From: Octopus vulgaris | Taxonomy: Eukaryota | Direction: 5' to 3' | Assembly: GCA_951406725.2 (NCBI GenBank) | Contig: OX597832.1 | Coordinates: forward strand, 4,092,001 to 4,156,000 | DNA: 64,000 bases | Notes under the pieces: model-generated | Databases searched by the model: none | The model's input: the letters and a program-made list of their open reading frames with translations, nothing else | Told to the model about the DNA's origin: nothing | Position numbers and translations under genes: made by a program | In this document: positions 24,053-36,000 of the stretch, one piece after another | How positions within the stretch are numbered: position 1 is the stretch's first letter | How the letters are laid out: the number at the start of each line of letters is the position of its first letter

Positions 24053-27000
24053 GTAGGTTTCCACCCTATTGTAATATATTTTCTTCACAGCAATATTACA
24101 GTAGTGTCTAAATTGACAGATCTTTTTGTTTCAGTATTGTTTACATATTCTATGTACTTTATTCCTCCGTGAACACATTGTAGAGCTCTGTTGAAGTTGC
24201 TCATTTCGCTTTGATTTTATTGTTTACATTAGACAACCTTCACACTTATGTCATCAGCTGAGTAATTTCTCACAGTAATTTATTCTCTAGTTTTATTCTT
24301 TTTATATTGTCATATTATCACATTCTTCCAATGTTCGCTTATTTTATTGGAGCCTAAAAAGGAACCACTTTGTCAGCTGTTCCTAACGTTGCGGGTCTGC
24401 GGGCCCCTGAAAAGTGGGGCAGTGGGATTTGGCTGCCCTGCTCACAGCCGTAAATGTAACATACCTTCGACTACAACAAACATTCCGTGCCCCTTGCGCT
24501 ATGCCACTCTGTTCAAAATTTTAAAAGGTTGCTGTGTATGATATATAATTATTACTTAATTGTTTTTAATAATTCATTGGTACTACAAGCGAACAGTGGT
24601 CCCGGTGCGCGCACTTGCGCATCCTCGCTAGCTAGTCGTAAGTAGTCGATCCTACAATTTTTTAAACTAAATAAATAAACTATTTTTATAAACAAACTAG
24701 GGTTAGGGTTAGGTTTAGGGTTAAAAAGTCGTTGTAGGATCGACTACTTACGACTAGCTGGCGCAGATGCGCTAGTAGTACCTAGTAGTACCAATTCATT
24801 TACCTTTCAATGTAGATATGAAACTGGAAAGGTGTTTGTTGTAAACTTAGGGTCCGTAGGAAAAATTCATTTAAACGAAATTAGGTCTTTTGCTGTGAAT
24901 AAATTGGGTATCTAAACCACTTTTCTATGTAGCCGTTCGACTTTTTTTAAAATAGCAATCATATCTCCCTCAAATTATACCTTACGGACTTTTTAATAAA
25001 ATGTAAGGATTCACTGCATAGTGCAGATCTAGATACTTTACAGTCCAGGAAGACAATAAGACGAGATGGTCGTGGTTAGACTGCCACTGATTATGGATCT
25101 GCTTCATCAGACTTTATCTGGGGTTAACAACATGATTAGTGTGTTCGTATATGTCAAACTTCAACATTTGACAGTGCTCACTTTGTTGTTATTGCGAAGC
25201 AAACCAACAGTTACCTATAATCGGCATACCTACACAAATGTGCCCCATTTTGTTTCTTCATACCTTTCAGAAAAATGGATATTTTTTTAAAGAAATTTTC
25301 AACAAATCCGTTTCAGATGTGAAAAATATTTTTTTGTGAGTGGGGAGATGGTTTTTGGAATATTCACATGAGTCAGCTTTGTTTCCTCATAACTTTCAGA
25401 AAAATGGGTATTTCTTAACGAAATTTTCAGCAAATACCTTTCAGAGTGTATAAGATTCTAATTATATCGGAATTTAATAATAATAATAAATGGACTCGCG
25501 CACATACATACTGACACAGATCACATATCTACAAAATTAAACTTGAAATTTCAAAAAAGAATTGTGATGTGTCAGTTTATTATGTGTGTGTGTTCACCGT
25601 TTTATTTATTATTTTTTTCATATGAAATTCCGATAATCGTAATCTATGCACTCTCAAAGGTATTTGTAGGAAATTTCATTAAAAAAATGTACCCAGTTTT
25701 TTCTAAAAGTTATAGGGAAACAAAGCTAACTCGTGTGAATTTTCTAATACTCCAATCCACACCCACGGAAAATTTGTTTTCACAACAAATTCCGATATAA
25801 TCGGAATCTACACTACCTGAAACATATTTGTAGAAAATTTCCTTAAAAAATATCCGTTTTTCTGGAAGTATTGAGGAAACAAAGTCGGTGCGGGAGATGG
25901 GGGGGGGGTCACTTGTGTCGGTGTGCCCCTTAACCTACATTTTAAAGCCGAACGGTAATTTACATTCTAACATTTGTGTAGGTCAATCGGCTAGTTAATT
26001 TCCACTCTAAATATCAAGCCGAGTTCTGTAAGAAATAACTTCAGTGTTTTCATTTTGTATGTATGGTGTTACCAATAGACGTTCTGATTTCTTTTCCCCA
26101 TTTACATTGGACACCCCAGGGAGATTCTTTCTTATTTTGGCACAAGGTCCGTAATGTTAAGAGAACGGGATCTTTTCGGTTTGAACGGCAGTTTTTTCTA
26201 GCGGTGTCATATGAAAATGTCACCCATAATTATGACCCTAGTATCGATCTATTGCATTTCAATCTGTTTTAGAGTTAGGGGTGGAGGGAAGGGTATCTTT
26301 TTTTCTTCACAAATGTAAATAAACCCAATCTGTTTCTTAAATCTGTTTCTTAAATATTCTACCAGTATACGAAGTTTAAAATTTTTTAGTTACCTAGAAA
26401 TTATGTTAAAAACTGCCGTTCAAACCGAAAAGATCCAGAGAACGGGTTAGTTAATTACATTGACCCTAGTGCCCAACTGGTTCCTATTTTATTAGCCCTA
26501 GAAGAATGAAAGGCAGTTGGCCTTGGTGGAATTTGAACCTGGAACATAAAGACAGGTGAAATATTTCTAAGTTTTTCGTCCAGCATGTAATGATTCTGCC
26601 TTCAATGCAAGAAAGATAATGCTTACTTATAATTAATCATTGTCTCTCATCTAATTAGCTACACTATATACATAACTACGCTATTATCTCTGGTGAAGAC
26701 ATGAATATCAGAGTCTCTCATTTACTTTCCATTAAGAGACCATTAGTGTTGGGTACAATAAGAAATATAATCCTGGTAGGTTGATGGTTTGATTCCCAGT
26801 TGATACTATTTGATTTCACTAACAGATCTATAATTCTAAGATACAGTGTCTTTCATATTCATTCTTAATACATTTTGGCAGATTTGGACATAAATCTGCT
26901 AATCACAGTTGTAATTCATCATTAGAGAACAACTTCTCCTTTCAGATGAACATGCGTTCATAACACACCCAATTCATTAGTGTAAGGGTACTGTGTGACA

Positions 27001-30000
27001 CCTGGTGTTTCAACATCATTGTGCCCCCTCAGCCAAAGCTGCCTTGGACTAATGAATCTAACAAGTGTTTGTGGTTCTTGTTTATAACTTTTGCAAACAA
27101 ATTATATGCTGTGTTTTAATATCTGCCAACTGATAAATCATCATGTGTATAGTAAAGCAATTACTTATATATTAATTCTTGATATATTCTGGAAGATGTG
27201 AACATGAATATGGTAATTGCTGATGTATTTTATCATTGGAGAACAACTTCTTTTAGAGGAATGTGTGTGTCTGTAACACACTTGAGTTATTTGTGTAAGG
27301 GGGCTTTCAGACACCCAGTGTTTTAGGTTAACTGTTACCAAACCAAAAGACATCCTTTGACATTTTGTAGTTTTTACCATAACGTTGAGGCCAGAGGTTT
27401 TGTTTCAGTATCTTCAAATGGTATCAAGATATCATGTTCTTCAAGATGTATCTTTTGTGATATGTAGTGTTCTTTGTCCAGATTGCATACTCCAAGATAA
27501 ATGACAAAATTACAGCTATTTTTTTAGTTGAAAATAGAGGAAAGTAATGGATGGAAATATAGATTGTAATCTTACACAAGTCACACTTGGAGAATTATAA
27601 GAGCATCGGACAATATAACTTGTGGTAATATTTTGGACTTTAGCATTCTAAATTCAAATAATGTCATGGCCCATTTGGGCAAGATACTTAATTTGTCAAT
27701 CAATTAAACACTACCACTTGGTCACTTGGGTAACTTTAGTGAAGTCTATACTATTACAATCATTTGGGCCAGCTTTCCAGTTTGAGAATACCTTGCTCCC
27801 TTTGTCCCTTTAGCTTTGGAGATCCTACAAAGGATCACAGACACTGCCCTTCTCTCTGCACTAAGCATTAAATAAATTTCTCATTCTTTAGATTGCACTG
27901 ATTCACTGTGTATCAGGGGTTTTGTCTTAAGTTTAGTTTTTGAAATATTGTGTTTCTCATGGAAATTCAAAATCTATGAATATTGTAGAGCTTTTGACTC
28001 CATTCACTTATACACAAAGCATCTCTTTAAAAAGAATGTATCGAAACTACCTCTCATGTTGTCAAACTTGATTAGTATACAGCTTACTTAAAATTTGAAA
28101 TTTTACAAAAAGAATAAATCTATCTTCTCATCCACTCCTTTTAACTAATAGCCTACACCCACATCAACCTATATGTAAATGATATTACAGTTACATCATT
28201 CTTCAGATACAGCTGTATAATTTCACCAATATACAACCTACCACCTAAAAATGCAGTTTCAAATAAATTGACTAAAAGTAGTACCTACAAGATCCACCAT
28301 CTTCCTTTTTACCAATAGCATCAAAGAACATCAAATACAAGCAACCGTTACACACCATAACTTGTGCCTCTACAAAGTTGCTTCACCTATTTGAAATAGC
28401 AACCAAAGCTTCCTAAATTTACACCCTATTGTCTCATTATATGAATGGGATATGTCTTACATGCACTGTGTCTGAAAAGAGACAAGATGGTCATTGCTTT
28501 GTAACAGTCTTTGGAGGAGGAGGGAGTCCTGTGGATGAATCAGGACTAAGGCAGAAATCTGTTGGAGTTGGTGTCTTAGAGAGCCAGACAGCTACTGAGA
28601 GCAACACTTGCTTGTAGGTGCTTATAGGTCCGCTCAATCTGGACTAAAATGGGCTAAACAACATTTTAAATATATCACACCTAAAAAAATAATAAAATTA
28701 CACACCACCAACTTTGTAGCATACACACCACATTAGGGGACAGTAAAGAAATCAAATCAATACAGACACATACTTAGAACATTTTCAGTTACATTTGATC
28801 AACTCAAAGAAAGCATAATTCTTATGAACTGACTATACATTAAATACATCATGGATTATGCCAGTCTATTTTGGGCCCCTAATTTTGCCATAAATTATGA
28901 AGATCATAAACAGTCAAATCATGACAGGCTGCATATAGACAACCTTACAAACACAAAATAAATAAATAAATACTCAAAATAAAAGATTGGAAAGTACATA
29001 TACAAATAAATAGCAGCAGTTGTTTTTTTTTTTCGTGTGTGTGGATCATAATCATTGCAATTCGGAATAAAGTTTTGAACTGGCACTTTCAAATAACTAA
29101 TAATACTTGTGTTTAATAAGTTACTATTTGTCTTTATTAGAATCTAATATTTATTTTTTATGGTACTTATAAAACTTCATTGATCAAACTAATATTTTTT
29201 CATAGTTTCAAACTAAAATAAATACTGTATAGATACTAAGCCTTTTTATTTTATTTTATTTTATTTTTTCAGAAAGAAAAACCTTACTTTTCTAAAGGTA
29301 ACATCTATGTAATTCCTCTGAACCTAAGTCTCACCTCTGTACCAGGTGGATGCAAGCAAGTGTTGCTCTCAGTAGCCGTCTGGCTCTCTAAGACACCAAC
29401 TCCAACAGAATGGATGGCACTTGAAAAAGATTTCTGCCTTAGTCCTGATTCATCCACAGGACTCCCTCCTCCTCCAAAGACTGTTACAAGGCAATCTTGT
29501 AAGTAACATTCTAGCTATATCTTTTATTGAAGAACTTAAATGTATCATTTTGATACTGTCAATATTGTCTATCTGCTTATGTCAGAGATTATGTCCATCT
29601 ATACATTGTTGCTTCTGTACATGATTGCTTTACTCTGTGATATCATCTCATACTAATAACAGTCATTGTTTGTTACTTGGTTGTGCAACCTTATATGGAA
29701 TTGCTCCCTTTCTCTGTCTACTACCATTAATACACACTCTTCCCTGTCATGCTGTCTACTACTAGTCCTACATCTACCTTGACATGGATTATCATCTAAC
29801 AGTCTCATTTGAAATTGCTAATGGACTATAACTGTATTATTTGTTTGGTCATAAAACTACGTAATTCATATCTATTTTACGTTGATCTGTCTCTCGCTTT
29901 TGACAAACTGGAGCATGTAAAAGCACCCACGACACTCTTGGAGTGGTTGGCATTAGGAAGGGCATCAAGCTGTAGAAACTCTGCCAGATCAAGATTGGAG

Positions 30001-33000
30001 CCTAATGCAGCCATCTGGTTCGCCAGTCCTCAGTCAAATCATCCAACCTATGCTAGCATGGAAAGTGGATGTTAAACGATGATGATGATGATCCTTGAAT
30101 GGGGATATTCCCTTGTTTTTACATCTTTCTGACTTCTCTCCCTCTGATGACGAAATACTCAGCTTATGGAATCCTTACTCAATATGATTATTCACATGCT
30201 TGGCTATCCTAGAAACAACTGCAAGAGACTCCATATGTTTATATTCTCTATCTAAATTAAATGTCTTTTTCAAGTGATGCCAAAGGTTTTTGTTTTGTTT
30301 TTTTTTCTTACTTTAAACTATTACTACATCTTTACAACTACAACTAATAATTTCACCTCCTCTACCTTTTCATTCTTCTATTACTATTTGTCCACTTCCC
30401 CCACCTCTTATTTTTATTACTACAAGTACTAACTCCTCCAAAAGTTTTTCAGAATTCGCTTTAGTACAACTTTGTTTTACCACCAGTTTAAAAGGGTCTT
30501 ATTGTCAACATTAAAGTATTACCTGTTGAATAACAAATAAGTATGTGAATATATTATCAGGTAATGTTACATAGGTATGACAGTTATAGTGTATGTTGGT
30601 TGCAGTATAAGTGAATCCTATTGAAGACAAAATAATATATATTGTCCCAGAGAATATTATCAGAGTAGTACAGTATTATTGTAATTGAGAGTTGGTCAGT
30701 ATTATTGTTAATGGTAACATATTTATTGCCTATATATGAATAAGGAATTTGTTTTATTTTTGTTTAAATTTTAAGAAAATTTCATTACTTTGCTTAATTC
30801 CCATAAAATTTGGAAAAAATAAAGTTATATTGACCTATGTAAAAACACATCGATATGACCCATGGTAAGGCAGAAATATATTACCAATCATAGGACAGGT
30901 AATTTGAATACAAATGAAGTAACAATATGCAGAACAGTAATAAGTTAAAAACAGAAAACTCATAAATATTAGAAATTATCACAATTTTTTAAAAGAACTA
31001 TGTGAGCTGTGGCAAATAACTCAAGTGAACTAATGCTTTAGTTGGAAAAAGAAATTGAAACCTAACAGTAATTGTGACACAAACAAAAGGAAATTATGCT
31101 ATACTGATGAAGCCTAATAAAACATATACAGATGTCTTCTTGTTTAAAAATGAAGATAAGACTTTTTCTTTGAGTATGTTGATTATTATGGTGAAACTAA
31201 TTCTGAATTTCTTGAAATTATCTTGTATAATTAACAATTTCTGCTAGGGTTTTGTGTTCTTTCTCCAGCTACAAGGAAAATTTCAATTAATTGAAAAATT
31301 TTCCATTTCATTTACAAATGATCATCCTCTGCTTGACATCAACTAAATCAGGTTTTACAAAGGATATTATTGCTGTAATACTTACCCATATTATACTCAG
31401 ATCTTTTAATCTTAATGTACCCCTTCCATTATTTAAAAAAAAATGGTATTGTACCTGTTCTAAAATAATCAGCATTAATAATAGAAAAAGGCTGTAGATA
31501 TGGCTGAGACTGTTGAATATCTAAATGCAGCTTTCAGTTTTATCTTCTTTCTGTTCTGAATCTTAATTTTACCAGAGTAAACTTTGCCTTTCATTCCATC
31601 AACATTGATAAAATGAGTAGAATGTTTATTTTCACATTCAGAATTGCCTGGAATAAACTTCCCACATCAGTTGTTAGCTATTGAGACACTACATCCTTCA
31701 AAACTTCTATGCTTCCTGAAATTCACCAGCCGTGAAGAAAACTCATTTACTATTCAATTCCAGTGAATATTCTATGTACTATTCATGCAGTTTTGGTTAC
31801 ATTTTCTAATGTGTTGTAATGCACATACAATTGTTATGTAATATATGACAATGAAAATATGTCATTAAGCAAATTAATGTTTGATTCTACTAATGAATTA
31901 ATTCAGTCTTTTGCTGTAATTCATTCTCTTCATCTTAATTTGAAATCATTTTCTCTATTTTTCTTCTGTTTTGTCTTTACAGTAAGTTGTCTTCTGAACC
32001 TAATACAACCTCCTAAACTGAAGTGTCATCTTGCTCAGGCTGCAGGCAAGCAATTCATTCTGCTGGAAGGTCAGTTTCTTATTACAAAAAACAAAGTCAC
32101 TAGTATTCCATCTGTTTTTACTTTGTGTCTATTTACAGCATCAATTATTAGCTGTGAATTTAACTGATATTCTTCTCTGATAATGCTCCACCTCTCTCGT
32201 TAATGATTTGGAAAAGAAATGAACATCACCACTTCCATTTCTATCAACTCAGATTTATTTTGTCTGTACATGAGATTGTTATCAATGTTATGCATTGAGA
32301 TTATCAAACATGTTTTCAAAACTCCTTAAGAAGGTAAAACATGTTTAAACTAATTACTGTATAAATTAGCATTTCATTATTTTCTATATGGAAGACAAGA
32401 CTAGAAAAGAGCCATATATACTAATGTCAGTACAATGAATGGGTGCGAAAACTCTGATACAGAATATCTGTCAGCTGACAAGTTACCAGAAATTTAGAAA
32501 TATCAGATCTTACTCAGTAACATTGAATGTTACAGAACTGAAACATACAAAGCATTTCTGTAATATAAACCTATCCAAATTAGCATGAAAACAATATAAA
32601 TGTTATATTAATTGACAGTGATTTTAACATAAAGTGATATTAGACATTTAAGCACTTGTCTGATACTGACACATATAAGAGGGTTACCAATAACAGCAAT
32701 CAAATCACTCATTTATTGTTCATAATTTGATATTTCATCTCATATTAAGTATTGTAATTTGTTTCTCCTGCTTTAGCCTGTAGTAGAAACAACAGCCAAA
32801 TCTCCCTCCTGTCACATGTCCTTTCCTTACAAGAAAGGACACATTGGAAAATCTATTCCTAGAGGTATTCTGTCTACATTAGATTAGAGTGACCAGGATG
32901 ATTTGTGCTGACATGAAGTATCTGAGAAGATAGAGTTATACAGGTTAAAATAGCAGAAATCATTTTTGATACCTAATTTGAGGAGATAGAATTTAGTGTT

Positions 33001-36000
33001 GGATCAAGTGCGAATGGCACTGATCCTGAATTTGTAATATGAATGGGAAAGCAATTAAATGGCTCTGTGATCTTTTGCAATATAATTTTTAGAATGTTTT
33101 TGTTGAAAGAATCATTAGTGTTACCAAAAAAGTTTGCATCAGAGACAACCATGATGTTGTAGGAGAGAAGTGCATTTACCTGGATGATGGTTCACTTGCA
33201 TTTGATGATTCTGCAAAAAAGGAGACTTGGAAGTACCACTGTGGTTCTTATTGCTGAATCCCTAGCAGAACTAGAAAAGAAAATTCAGATGTGGAAGCAA
33301 GGTCCAGAATCAAAAGGCTTTAGAGTTAATTTAGCAAAGACCAAAGTGAGTAGGAAAACAGACAGATCGCTCATCTCTTCAGGGGGTTGGCCCTATGCAA
33401 CATGAGTAAAAAGGTGTTGGTAGAAACTTCATATGGTGTACCCAGTGCAAGCTATGGACACATAAGAGGTGCAGTGATATCACAGGAAGGTTAACAGAGA
33501 AAGTAATCGTTGTGTGTTGCAGATGTGCAGGTACAATAAACACTAAGAATGTACAGAAAATTGATTTTGTCAAATGTCGGGGGGGGGGGGCGGTCCTTAG
33601 AAGTATTAGATAGTTTCCATTACTTAGACAACCACATTAGCAGTGGAGGAGGTAATTCTGAAAGTGTAGTTACTAGAATAAGAATGGGCTGGGCAAAGTT
33701 CAGAGAGCTACTATCTTTACTAGTAACAAAAGGTCTCTCCCCCAGAGTGAAAGGCAGATTGTATGATACCTGTGCACAAGCAGCAATGCTACATGGCAGT
33801 GAAACATGGGCTTTGAGTACAGAGGACATATGAAGGCTTAAAAAAAATGAAACCAGCATGCTCTGCTGGATGGGTAATATTAGTGTGCATATATGACAGA
33901 GTGTAGGTAATTTGAGAGAAAAATTGTGTATGTTATGCATGAGTTGTAGTGTGCGAGGAAGAAGACTGCACTGATATGGTCATGTGATGTGTATGGATGA
34001 GGACAGCTGCATCAAGAAGTGCCAATCTGTAATTGTGGAGGGATCATGTGGAAGGGGTTGTCCCAAGAAGGCATGGTTCAGAGTGGTGAAAAAGGATCTT
34101 CAGACACTGGGCCTCACAGAGGAGATAGCAAGTGACTGAAACTTCTAGTGGTTTACTGTGCCTGAGAAGACATGTGTCAAGCTAAGTAAAATTGCAACTA
34201 TCCACACTTTCTTTTATCTTTTACGTGTTTCAGTCATTAGCCTGTGGCCATGCTGGAGTACTGCCTTGAGGAATTTTAGTCAAACTAATTGACCCCAGTC
34301 CTTATTTTCTTTTTAAGCCTAGTACTTATTCTCTTTTGCTGCACCACTAAGTTACGGGGACATAAACACACCAACACTGGTTGGGGACAAACAAATACAC
34401 AAAGACACACATGCACACATACATATATACATACATATGTATGACAGACTTCCTTCAGTTTCTATCTACATGCATACATATATATATACGATGGGCTTCT
34501 TTCAGTTTCCATCTACCAAATCCATTCATAAGGCTTTGGTCAGCCCAAGGCTACAATAGAAGACGCCCAAGGTGCCACACAGTAGGACTGAACCCGGAAC
34601 CATGCAGTTGGGAAGCAAGCTTCTTACCACATAGCCACACCTATGTTCTAACTTCAAATTCTACTGAGGTTCACTTTGCTTTTCATCCTTTTGGGGTCAA
34701 TAAAATAGGTATCACTTGTGTACTGGGTTAATGTAACTGACTAAACCCCTCCCCACAAAATTTCAGGCCTCGTGCCTATACTAGAAAGGATTATTATTAT
34801 TATTATTATCATCATCATCATCATCATTATTATTAATTAGCATCATTTCTGTTATCAGTGCACAACTCTACATATGAAGATGTTACCATATCTAATTGTT
34901 GGGTGTTACCAAGTTCCTGTCACTGGGCTACACGAAGTCCAACAGAACCCTTATGTGATCACAACAGCAAAGAATGGTAAATATCCCTTATTTTGTTCAT
35001 ACACTTTTTCTCTTGCCCCCATTTCAGTTTCTGAATGACAACTGTTTTAATTTTGTCATAAAAGATCTCCAGATTGTCCAATATGAGTTCAATGATAATT
35101 AAAACTTATTTCGTATTTGGTATGTAATTGATGCAAGTTATTATACGCAATAAAAATGTCTTAAAGTAAATTGTAACTACAACTATATTTAAATAATAGC
35201 ACTGTGTAACATGATTTTTGTCCTTGGGTAGCAACTGTTATTTCCTATTTGCTTACTCCTAGAATGTATAAGAAATGGCTAATATTTCCTTCAAACTTTG
35301 CTTTCGTTACATTTAATTCAAACCCCTAAGAATCCCTCTCAACACATGGCTACAATCAGGACCGGATTTATACTGGCGGGCTAGGGCACTTCAAGTTTAA
35401 AATTAAAATCTTAGAAAATTAACAAAAATAAATCTCAAAACCCATCTGTTTCAAATATTTGAATTTGATGAGTTAGCAGAGAAAGTTTAAATAAATGACT
35501 GGAAATGTCGCTTTGTAGAGACACTTTTTCAAAATTCAAGTTTCATTTTTTTACATATCCACTTGTGGTGTTTGGCTTTTTCTTCATTGTGAAAAGTACA
35601 ATGAAGGAGGGAAGAGTTGGGTAAGATTTTTTTTCTTTTAATGTGAGTTACATACGTTTCAGAATGTAGAACAAGATAAAATGACAGAAAATTACAAAAA
35701 AGAAAAAAAATCATTTTTGTGGTTGTTGTTGTTGTTGTTGTTCCAAAGTCATGATGTGTGTTTGTGTGTGTGTGTGTGTGTGAGTGAGAGAGAGAGAGAG
35801 AGAGAGAAAGAAAAGACATGGATTTAAAAAATTCTTCTTTTAAAACGACTTCCCTTCATTATTTTGCTATGTGTGAAAAAAATAAAAAGCGGGGAAAACC
35901 CTGACAAAAACATGGAAATTTGAACAGCTTTTTCCAAAAGTCTACATTTCCAGTTTCTAGTAAGAGTTGGCGGGGCACTATAAGTAATATTTACTGCATT

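Noticed and set aside
34977-34990. atatccct just inside TRAPPC14 intron 4, resembling a U12 donor
   Set aside because: Imperfect consensus; the normal GT donor and AG acceptor already keep the frame.
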